In this document: positions 49,033 through 57,070 of the stretch, piece by piece
Numbering within the stretch: position 1 is the first letter of the stretch
Layout of the letters: each line of letters begins with the position of its first letter
Translations under genes and position numbers: made by a program
NCBI GenBank assembly: GCA_038222225.1
Contig: JBBRHV010000005.1
Location: forward strand, 1,824-65,823
Direction: 5' to 3'
Source: Candidatus Omnitrophota bacterium
GTDB lineage: Bacteria > Omnitrophota > Gorgyraeia > Zapsychrales > JANLHA01
DNA length: 64,000 nucleotides
Notes under the pieces: model-generated
The model's database searches: none
Told to the model about the DNA's origin: nothing
Seen by the model: only the letters and a program-made list of their open reading frames with translations

Positions 49033-50865
49033 ATGAAAAACACAACAGCCAGAATATTGGAACCGACTCGTGGCGGGATTGAGAAAGAAGAGCAGATGAC
49101 GATTGTCATCGTGGGGCATGTTGATCACGGAAAAAGCACGGTGATCGGCCGGCTTCTTGCAGATACGCGCTCGTTGCCCGAAGGCAAGCTTGAACAGGTG
49201 AAGCGAACGTGTGAAAGAAACGCAAGGCCGTTTGAATACGCCTTTCTTCTTGACGCCTTAAAGGATGAACAGGCTCAGGGAATCACCATTGATAGTGCCA
49301 GGGTTTTTTTCAAAACGCAGAAGAGGAGATATATTATTTTTGATGCCCCTGGACACATTGAGTTTTTGAAAAACATGGTAACCGGAGCGGCGCATGCTCA
49401 GGCCGCGCTTTTGGTTATTGATGCCCATGAAGGCATTAAGGAAAACTCCCGTCGGCACGGATATCTCTTGTCCATGTTAGGAGTTCGGCAGGTCAGCATT
49501 TTGGTGAACAAGATGGATCTTGTGGGGTGGAGCAAGGAAATTTTTGATGGTGTTGTTAAACAGTATTCAGAATTTCTTTTTTCCATCGGGGTTAAGCAGG
49601 TATCGTTTATTCCCATCAGCGCGTTTCACGGCGACAATCTTACCGAGAATTCATCAAGCGCGGGCTGGTATTCCGGATTGACGGTCCTTCAGCAGCTGGA
49701 TGCCTTTAACGTCCCACGGCCCTTGGAGGATTTGCCATTGCGGTACCCTGTGCAGGATATTTATAAATTTACCGAGGAGGGAGACGAGAGGCGCATCGTT
49801 GCCGGTACGATTGAATCAGGAACGGTTTGCGTGGGAGAGGACATCGTTTTTCTTCCGTCGAATAAAACGGCTGGAATTTTGTCAATCGAAGAGTTTAGCC
49901 GTCCACCTGCTGATAGTGCGCACGCCGGACAAGCGGTGGGGGTTACGCTGGATACGCAGCTTTACATTAAGCCCGGTGAGATCATGGTCAAAAAGACGGA
50001 GAGAAATCCATGCGTTTCAACTCGGTTTAAGGCAAATCTTTTTTGGTTGGGAAAAGCTCCGCTCATTAAGAATAAACGGTATTATCTGAAGTTGTCCACC
50101 GCGCGTGTACCGGCCCAGGTTTCCGAGATCTACACAGTTATTGATGCCGCGGAACTTTCTACCACGGCACAAGACGGGCAGGTGAACACTAATGAGGTTG
50201 CGGAGATCGTTGTAGAGACTGAAAAGCCAATTGCTTTTGATCTTGCCGGAGAGATCGAAGCAACGACACGTTTTGTGATCATTGATAATTATGAAATTTC
50301 CGGTGGAGGCATTATAACTGAGGCGTTGAAATCATCGGCCGAGGTCCTGAAAGAGCATGTTCGTCAGCGTGAATTTATCTGGGTTAGGGGAGAAATCAGG
50401 GCGGCAGAACGGCAAAAAAGCATCGGGCATGGAGCGGCTTTTGTTCTTGTAAGCGGGCCCCAGGACACAGGTAAAATCGCTGCGGCCAAGGCGATTGAAT
50501 CCGTGCTGGTAAAGTCAGGCTATAACGCGTATTATCTTGGCGTTTCTAACCTGCTTTGCGGATTGGATGCCGATCTGCTGTTTAAATATGAAGATAAAGG
50601 AGAACATTTACGGCGTCTGGGAGAATTGGCGCACATTATGACGGATTCCGGTCTTATTTTTATAGCGACAGCATCAGATATCGATGAATATGATCTTGCG
50701 CGTTTACGGACATTAGCCGAACCGGTTAAGACATTAGCGATTCATTTTGGAAAAGAGGGAACAGGAGCTCTTGCTTCAGACGGATTTTTTTTGAACAACC
50801 CTTCCATAGATAAAGTGACGGCTCATGTTGTTGATTTGCTAAGAAAACATGATATTGTACCCTGA
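49033..50865 (+). CDS. cysN: Sulfate adenylyltransferase subunit 1 with degenerate C-terminal APS-kinase-like domain
   Basis: [27 protein letters not shown] GTPase motifs; C-terminal SGPQDTGK P-loop-like remnant. Confidence 0.92.
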   Translation: MKNTTARILEPTRGGIEKEEQMTIVIVGHVDHGKSTVIGRLLADTRSLPEGKLEQVKRTCERNARPFEYAFLLDALKDEQAQGITIDSARVFFKTQKRRYIIFDAPGHIEFLKNMVTGAAHAQAALLVIDAHEGIKENSRRHGYLLSMLGVRQVSILVNKMDLVGWSKEIFDGVVKQYSEFLFSIGVKQVSFIPISAFHGDNLTENSSSAGWYSGLTVLQQLDAFNVPRPLEDLPLRYPVQDIYKFTEEGDERRIVAGTIESGTVCVGEDIVFLPSNKTAGILSIEEFSRPPADSAHAGQAVGVTLDTQLYIKPGEIMVKKTERNPCVSTRFKANLFWLGKAPLIKNKRYYLKLSTARVPAQVSEIYTVIDAAELSTTAQDGQVNTNEVAEIVVETEKPIAFDLAGEIEATTRFVIIDNYEISGGGIITEALKSSAEVLKEHVRQREFIWVRGEIRAAERQKSIGHGAAFVLVSGPQDTGKIAAAKAIESVLVKSGYNAYYLGVSNLLCGLDADLLFKYEDKGEHLRRLGELAHIMTDSGLIFIATASDIDEYDLARLRTLAEPVKTLAIHFGKEGTGALASDGFFLNNPSIDKVTAHVVDLLRKHDIVP

Positions 50866-50887
50866 GGAAAGAGAGGGACTTCGTCAC

Positions 50888-51385
50888 ATGTCTGAAGGCA
50901 ATGCGAAAAAAAAGCGAGTTGATCGTCCGATGCGCTTTCTTCCGGTGGGAATTGATATTAAAGGCAAAAAAATTCTTGTTTTTGGCGGAGGGCGGATTGC
51001 TTTGCAGAAGCTGCGCACGATCCTTCTTTTTAACCCAAAAGTCACGGTTGTGGCGCCGAAAATTTTATCCGAGATAAAGGACATGGGAGTAGATTGGGTG
51101 GAAGAAATTTTTAGCCGGAATCATCTGGCAGAAGCATTTCTTGTTTATGCGTGCACTTCGGACCCGGAAACAAACCGTGTCATCGCGAGTGAGGCCGGCG
51201 AGAGAGGAATTCTCTGTAATGTCGCCGACGATACGGATGCCTGCGCTTTTATTTCTCCCGCGGTTGCTGTGGCTGATGATCTGGTTATTTCGGTTAATTC
51301 TCAGGGAAGAAATCCAAATCTGTCTAGGGTGGTAAGAGATTTTATTAAGGAGAGCGTTGATGAATTTCTGCATGGTCGGGATTGA
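50888..51385 (+). CDS. Precorrin-2 dehydrogenase / sirohydrochlorin ferrochelatase (CysG N-terminal, SirC/Met8p-like)
   Basis: FLPVGIDIKGKKILVFGGGRIA..K, ILCNVADD...FISPA, ISVNSQG.NP; start uncertain (50849, 50888 or later). Confidence 0.88.
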   Translation: MSEGNAKKKRVDRPMRFLPVGIDIKGKKILVFGGGRIALQKLRTILLFNPKVTVVAPKILSEIKDMGVDWVEEIFSRNHLAEAFLVYACTSDPETNRVIASEAGERGILCNVADDTDACAFISPAVAVADDLVISVNSQGRNPNLSRVVRDFIKESVDEFLHGRD

Positions 51386-52337
51386 TTATCATCAGGCGCC
51401 AGTGGCGGTGAGGGAGCGCGCTTTTCTTTCTCGGGATCGCGTCTCGGTAGTGGCGAGGGATCTTATGGCGCTGTTTAAGGCCCAAGGCGTTTTTATTTTA
51501 TCGACCTGTGCCCGGACAGAGATATACGCGCAGGGAATCAGCGTGGAAGAATTGCAGTCGGCTTTTATCATGCTTTGCCAAGGAGAAAAATCTTTTTTAG
51601 AATTACGTCAAGGCAGGGATGCCATTGCGCATCTTTTTACGGTTGCTTCTGGGGCGGAATCTCCGGTTTTTGGTGATTCGAATATTGTTCGTCAGATCAA
51701 GGAAGCGTATTTTTTGGGGCGGGAAACAGGAACGTTGACCAGGCTTCTTTCCCGGGTTTTGGAAAGGACGTTGTGCGCGGGTCGAGATATACGCAGGGCG
51801 TTGCAGCTCACACAGAGAGAAGGGGATGTTGCTGTTCGGGCAATTCAGCTGGCGATTCAAAAACATAAGGGCCTGAAGGGAAAAAATATTTATGTGATTG
51901 GGTGCGGCGTGGTCGGACAGTCTTTGATCGAAGAGCTGTGTCAGCAACGGGCACGGATTCAGATCGTAGCCAACCGACGGCATGATCGGGCGTCGTTCAT
52001 CGCGCAGGAACATGGCTGTTTGGCAGTACGCTTTGAAGATTTTTATAACGGTTTAGCCGAAGCAGATCTGATTTTTAGCGCCACCAACAGCCCTCATTAT
52101 GTTGTATCTAGGGATATGTTTGAGCGCAGGGTTCCTGCGGATAAAGAAATGGTTATTTTTGATTTGGCGGTCCCGCGGGATATTGACAATAACATTGAGG
52201 GGTTTTCGGGGGTTAGGATTTATACCATTGACGACATAGGAGCTCCGGGAGAGGAAAGGCTTGTTTCCCAGGCTCGGCATATTGCACATTGCAAAGCAAA
52301 GGCGTTTTTTGCCAGGGAGAAGATCCATGCGGTTTAG
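51360..52337 (+). CDS. hemA: Glutamyl-tRNA reductase (short, divergent)
   Basis: GIDYHQAPVAVRE, LSTCARTEIY catalytic Cys, HLFTVASG, IGCGVVG, ANR, DLAVPRDI; 325 aa with little C-terminal dimerisation domain. Confidence 0.88.
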   Translation: MNFCMVGIDYHQAPVAVRERAFLSRDRVSVVARDLMALFKAQGVFILSTCARTEIYAQGISVEELQSAFIMLCQGEKSFLELRQGRDAIAHLFTVASGAESPVFGDSNIVRQIKEAYFLGRETGTLTRLLSRVLERTLCAGRDIRRALQLTQREGDVAVRAIQLAIQKHKGLKGKNIYVIGCGVVGQSLIEELCQQRARIQIVANRRHDRASFIAQEHGCLAVRFEDFYNGLAEADLIFSATNSPHYVVSRDMFERRVPADKEMVIFDLAVPRDIDNNIEGFSGVRIYTIDDIGAPGEERLVSQARHIAHCKAKAFFAREKIHAV

Positions 52338-52983
52338 AATCGGTACGCGGCCGAGCCCTTTAGCATTAGCACAGGTGCAGGAGGTTGTCACGCTCATAAG
52401 ACACAAGGGAGTCGATATGGATGTTGACATCGTTCCTATTGATTCTGACGGAGATTTAGACAAAAAGACGCCGTTTATACAAATAGAAGGGACGGATTTT
52501 TTTACCCGTAGACTTGAGGAAGCCTTGCGCCGGAATGAGATTGATTTGGCGGTGCATAGCGCTAAAGATTTAGAAGATGATTTACCGGAAGATTTGACGA
52601 TCGCGTTGATGACACCGTCCTTGAGTTCTTGTGAGTGTCTGGTTGCTCGAGAGAAGGGGTATTCTTTGGAGACCTTACCGGAGGCAAGCCGCATTGGAAC
52701 GAGCAGCCGCAAAAGGCAGAAAGCCCTTTTTCGATACCGGGCAGATTTTGTTGTCAAAGGCATTCGAGGCAATATAGAGGAACGATTGCAGCAGTTGGAT
52801 CATGGTGATTATGAGGCTCTTATTATGGCGCATGCGGCTCTGTTACGGCTGGGGATGGAAGGACGAATCAGTGAGATTATTTCCGGGGACATTATGCCTC
52901 CGCATCCTTTGCAGGGCAGGATTGCGGTTCAAGTCTTGAGCGAGAGGGAGGATCTTTTGAAATTATTAGGGGAATTGTGCTGA
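52327..52983 (+). CDS. hemC: Hydroxymethylbilane synthase (C-terminally truncated)
   Basis: RIGTRPSPLALAQ, DLAVHSAKD, IGTSSRKR, IRGNIEERL, PHPLQG; only 218 aa from ATG 52327. Confidence 0.88.
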   Translation: MRFRIGTRPSPLALAQVQEVVTLIRHKGVDMDVDIVPIDSDGDLDKKTPFIQIEGTDFFTRRLEEALRRNEIDLAVHSAKDLEDDLPEDLTIALMTPSLSSCECLVAREKGYSLETLPEASRIGTSSRKRQKALFRYRADFVVKGIRGNIEERLQQLDHGDYEALIMAHAALLRLGMEGRISEIISGDIMPPHPLQGRIAVQVLSEREDLLKLLGELC

Positions 52984-54389
52984 TGAGAACCACTCAGGGA
53001 AAAGTATATTTAGTGGGAGCCGGAGCGGCGGGCAGGGACTTGATCACAGTTCGGGGCCTGGGTATTTTACAGCAGGCGAATGTTGTCATTTATGACTATC
53101 TTACGGATAGGGCGCTGTTGGCCGAAATAAAAGAAGGCGCTGAGAGTTTTAATTGCCGTGATTTCGGAAAGGATCGAGAAGGAACGTCTAAGGACGCGCA
53201 GGATAAGATTAATGGGATGCTGGTTTCCCGGGCAAGGCAGGGAAAGATGGTTGTCCGACTCAAGAACGGGGATCCGATGATTTTTGGGAGAGCGTCCGAA
53301 GAGCTTGAGGCATTGCGAAAAGCCAGAATAGAATTTGAAATCGTTCCTGGAATATCCGCGGCGCAGGCTGCCGCTGCGTATTCTGGGATTCCGCTGACTG
53401 ACCGCAGCAGCGCCAAGAGCGTTGTTTTTGTGACGGGGCACCAAGCGCAAGGGGAAACAGCGAATCCAGTTGATTGGAAAAGCATCTCAGCTAACGGCAC
53501 GATTGTTCTGTATATGGCGGTCAAGACTATCCCGCGCATTGCCGCAACTCTGATCCAGGCAGGAAAACCGGCGAATACGCCGGTAGCGGCAATCTCTCAT
53601 GCCGGCAGGATAGAGCAGACGATCGTGATCAGCCGGCTTAAAGCGATCGCCTCTGATGTAAAAAAAGGGGGCATTGTTTCTCCGGCAGTTTTTATTATCG
53701 GTGATGTGGTTCTCAGAGAAAAAGCGTTCAATTGGTTTAAAAAGAATCAGCGCATTTTATATACCGGTACTTCCGGGCACAGAACTTCGTCCCGGGGAAC
53801 GGTTTTTCAGCAAGCGTTGATCCAAATTAAACCGATCAAAGATTATACGCATTTCGATAAACACCTTTGCGGTATTGATTCTTTTGATTGGGTTATTTTT
53901 ACGAGCCGCCACAGCGTTCAGTATTTTTTTGAACGGCTTGCTAAAGTTGGGCGTGATTCACGGGCATTGCATGGCGTTGGAGTTGCCGCGATCGGGACAA
54001 TGACCGCGAAACGTCTTTTAGATTTTGGGATCACGGCGGATTTGATTTCCCGTCAGGAATCTTCCCGGGGGCTATTGGCCGCGCTTAAACGGAGCAAGAT
54101 TGAAGGAAAAAGAATTTTTTTTCCCCGATCTAATATCGCGGACAAAGAACTTCCTTTGCAGATCCGGGAGCTGGGCGCAAAAGTCGTTACGAGCGCGGCG
54201 TATCGCAATGTTTCTCCGGAAGGTCTTCCGAATTGGGAAGCGGGCTTTTTTGATGAGATTGTGTTTACAAGCCCTTCGGGAGTGCGCAATTTTATCAAAC
54301 GGTATGGCCACCCCCCTCGAAAAGTAAAGATCAGATGTATCGGAGGCGTCACACGGGCGCAGGCCAAACAATCAAGAGTGATTGCGTGA
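52983..54389 (+). CDS. cobA: Uroporphyrinogen-III C-methyltransferase / uroporphyrinogen-III synthase fusion (CobA-HemD)
   Basis: VYLVGAG..G.DLITVRG, VRLKNGDPMIFGR..EE, VPGISA, GIPLTDR; then HemD-like DWVIFTS, AAIG..TA, IVFTSPSGV. Confidence 0.92.
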   Translation: MRTTQGKVYLVGAGAAGRDLITVRGLGILQQANVVIYDYLTDRALLAEIKEGAESFNCRDFGKDREGTSKDAQDKINGMLVSRARQGKMVVRLKNGDPMIFGRASEELEALRKARIEFEIVPGISAAQAAAAYSGIPLTDRSSAKSVVFVTGHQAQGETANPVDWKSISANGTIVLYMAVKTIPRIAATLIQAGKPANTPVAAISHAGRIEQTIVISRLKAIASDVKKGGIVSPAVFIIGDVVLREKAFNWFKKNQRILYTGTSGHRTSSRGTVFQQALIQIKPIKDYTHFDKHLCGIDSFDWVIFTSRHSVQYFFERLAKVGRDSRALHGVGVAAIGTMTAKRLLDFGITADLISRQESSRGLLAALKRSKIEGKRIFFPRSNIADKELPLQIRELGAKVVTSAAYRNVSPEGLPNWEAGFFDEIVFTSPSGVRNFIKRYGHPPRKVKIRCIGGVTRAQAKQSRVIA

Positions 54390-55381
54390 TGGTTCAAAAC
54401 AAAAAGAAAACTCATTGGACTCAATGGAAGAGCAAGCTCATTGAGGATCCGGTATTGCCTTATTTTGTTATTGAGGGCAAGAGTACTGTTCAGCCGATCA
54501 AAAGCATGCCCGGAGTGAACAGGTTTTCTGTTGATGAGCTTGTGAAAGATGTTGATTCTGCCAGACAACTCGGAATAAAAACAATCTTGCTGTTCGGTGT
54601 TGTATCCAATAGAAAAAAAGATGATTTAGGAGGCAATGCTTTTTGTCCGGATGATCTTATTTCAAGGGCTGTGAAGGAGATAAAGGATAAAATTAGAGGG
54701 GTAACGGTGATAACAGATGTCTGTCTTTGCGCATACACCACGCATGGGCATTGCGGGATCTTAACGGGACATGAAGGGGCAATAGATAGACGTAAGACGC
54801 TTAAGGCGCTTTCGGAGATGGCCCTTCGGCATGCTGAGGCCGGGGCCGATTGGGTGGCTCCTTCTGCGATGGCAAAAGGTCAGGTGGCGGCTATCCGACA
54901 GAAACTTGATTCCAACGGATTTCATCGGGTCAACATACTTGGCTATTCGGCAAAATTCGCCTCTGTGTTTTATGGGCCGTTTCGGGAAGCGGCGAAGTCA
55001 GCGCCGGCCTTTGGAGACCGTCGGGAATATCAGTTTGCTTCGGCAGACAGCGCCCGCGCGTTGCGTAGAATTGCCGCAGACATAAGGGAGGGGGCGGATA
55101 TGGTGATGGTGAAGCCGGCCCTTGCGTATCTCGATGTGATTCGCCAAGCAAAAGAAAAATTTCGTGTTCCGGTGGCGGCGTATAATGTGAGCGGGGAATA
55201 CGCGCTGATGAAGCTCGGCGCAAAAAAAGGATATTGGGATGAACAGGCTGCTCTTGCTGAGATCATGACTTCGATCCGACGCGCCGGAGCGGATGTGATC
55301 ATCTCGTATCATGCCAAGGACATTGTTCGGCGGAAAAACGCAGAGAAAAAAACTCTAAAAAGTTTTAATGGGGGAGAGTAG
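54389..55381 (+). CDS. hemB: Porphobilinogen synthase (Zn type)
   Basis: SMPGV, DVCLCAYTTHGHCG, YSAKFASVFYGPFREA, MVKPA, AYNVSGEY; start ATG 54389. Confidence 0.94.
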   Translation: MVQNKKKTHWTQWKSKLIEDPVLPYFVIEGKSTVQPIKSMPGVNRFSVDELVKDVDSARQLGIKTILLFGVVSNRKKDDLGGNAFCPDDLISRAVKEIKDKIRGVTVITDVCLCAYTTHGHCGILTGHEGAIDRRKTLKALSEMALRHAEAGADWVAPSAMAKGQVAAIRQKLDSNGFHRVNILGYSAKFASVFYGPFREAAKSAPAFGDRREYQFASADSARALRRIAADIREGADMVMVKPALAYLDVIRQAKEKFRVPVAAYNVSGEYALMKLGAKKGYWDEQAALAEIMTSIRRAGADVIISYHAKDIVRRKNAEKKTLKSFNGGE

Positions 55382-55384
55382 AGA

Positions 55385-57070
55385 ATGAAAGCCAAAGAAG
55401 ATTTGACGCAGGTTGAAAAAGATAAGATCGAAATTGGGTTTGATGCTGATTTTAAGGAGATTGCCAAACGTTCGCTGGAGTCTATTCCACCAAATGAAGT
55501 GGCACTGTGGAAATGGGCCGGGGTTTATCAGCAGCTGCAAAAAGGGTTTTTTATGATCCGCCTGCGGATCCCGGGAGGCCTTATGACCAGCGAACAACTT
55601 GAGCGGGCCGCTGATCTGTCTTCGGAGCTGGCTCAGGACCAGCTGTGCATTACAACACGGCAGTGTTTGCAATTTCATTGGATCCGCAAGGAAGATATTC
55701 ATAAAATTTTGGAAGGAATGAAAGAAGTCGGGATCCTGACAAAAAATGCCTGCGGAGATGTGACCCGAAATGTGGTGACTTGTCCGCTTCCCGGTGTTTG
55801 TCCGCATGAGGAAGGGGACACGTTGAATATGCTGCAGCTGATCGCTGATGATCCGGAGATGTTGGATCAGCAGCGGAATTTGCCACGCAAGCATAAAATC
55901 AGCGTGGCAGGTTGCGGACGTGCCTGCGGGCAGACGCTGATGAACTGTCAGGGATGGCATCCGATTCATCGAGAAGGCCGAACGGGATGGAGGTTTTACG
56001 CGGGCGGAGGTTTGGGGGCTAAGCCGTATTTGGGAAAATTAATTTTTGATTGGGTTCCGGAAGATCTTGTGGTGGATGTCGCGCGTGCTGTGACAGAAGT
56101 ATTCCGCCGTTTGGGGAATCGTAAGGTCAGGGCTTTAGCGAGGCTGAAGATCGTTGTGGATCGTCTCGGGGTCAAGGGTTTTGCCCAGGAAGTTCTTCAG
56201 GAATTAAGCGATCGTAAGGTATCCGGCATCGCAGGAATCGTTGTTGCGGAGTCTTCCGCGGAAATAGAAGAGAGCTTTCTTCAGGGGCAAGCGGTTATCC
56301 CTCAGCGGCAGACGGGCCTTTATGCGGTCCGCGCGATGATTCAGCGCAGTGAATTAACAAGTCAGGAAGCGCGGAGGTTTGCACAGTGGGCGCAGGGGTA
56401 CGGAGACGGAACAGTTGTTTTTACACACCGGCAGAATTTGGTATTTCGCTCGGTTGCGTTCAATAAGACCGAAGAACTGTTGGGGTTGCTGAAAAATGCG
56501 GGGTATCGTATTGAGGGGTTTGAACACTTACCGGATATGGTTGCCTGCGTAGGAACAACGGTGTGTAACCTGGCGGTGTCGGATACGCCCAACACGTATC
56601 GGAGCATGATGGAGAAACTCACATCGGACGCGGATTGGTGGAAAAATATCGGGCCTTTAAGGATTAACATGAATGGTTGTCCTAATTCGTGCGGGCAGCA
56701 TGCGGTTGCGGATATCGGATTGCGCGGGCTGCGCAAAAGGACTGAACAGGGATCGGAGGAAGGATATAGTATTTTTGTCGGCGGCTCCTTGTCCGGCGCC
56801 GGGCATCTCGGGGAATACGTGTGTGATGCAACGGCTTCCCAGGTAATTGCGACCGTTAAGAAGATTTTGACAGTCTATCTTCAGAAGCGCTTGTCGCCGG
56901 AGGAATATTTTGGTGTTTTTTCTCGACGGGTAACCGGAGCCGGAATGAAAGACATGCTGGGAAGCAGAGAAGTCGAATCTGATTTTGTGCAGGAAAGAAA
57001 TCAGAAGTATCAGGCTGTTTTTCAAGCAACAATTGATTCGACCCGAGAACAAAAAAGAGATAAATCATGA
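55385..57070 (+). CDS. sir: Siroheme-[4Fe-4S] sulfite reductase (Sir/NirA-type, monomeric)
   Basis: GVYQQ, FMIRLRIPGG, ITTRQCLQ, LPRKHKI, ACVGTTVCNLA and NGCPNSCG siroheme motifs. The cys/hem context favours sulfite over nitrite. Confidence 0.88.
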   Translation: MKAKEDLTQVEKDKIEIGFDADFKEIAKRSLESIPPNEVALWKWAGVYQQLQKGFFMIRLRIPGGLMTSEQLERAADLSSELAQDQLCITTRQCLQFHWIRKEDIHKILEGMKEVGILTKNACGDVTRNVVTCPLPGVCPHEEGDTLNMLQLIADDPEMLDQQRNLPRKHKISVAGCGRACGQTLMNCQGWHPIHREGRTGWRFYAGGGLGAKPYLGKLIFDWVPEDLVVDVARAVTEVFRRLGNRKVRALARLKIVVDRLGVKGFAQEVLQELSDRKVSGIAGIVVAESSAEIEESFLQGQAVIPQRQTGLYAVRAMIQRSELTSQEARRFAQWAQGYGDGTVVFTHRQNLVFRSVAFNKTEELLGLLKNAGYRIEGFEHLPDMVACVGTTVCNLAVSDTPNTYRSMMEKLTSDADWWKNIGPLRINMNGCPNSCGQHAVADIGLRGLRKRTEQGSEEGYSIFVGGSLSGAGHLGEYVCDATASQVIATVKKILTVYLQKRLSPEEYFGVFSRRVTGAGMKDMLGSREVESDFVQERNQKYQAVFQATIDSTREQKRDKS

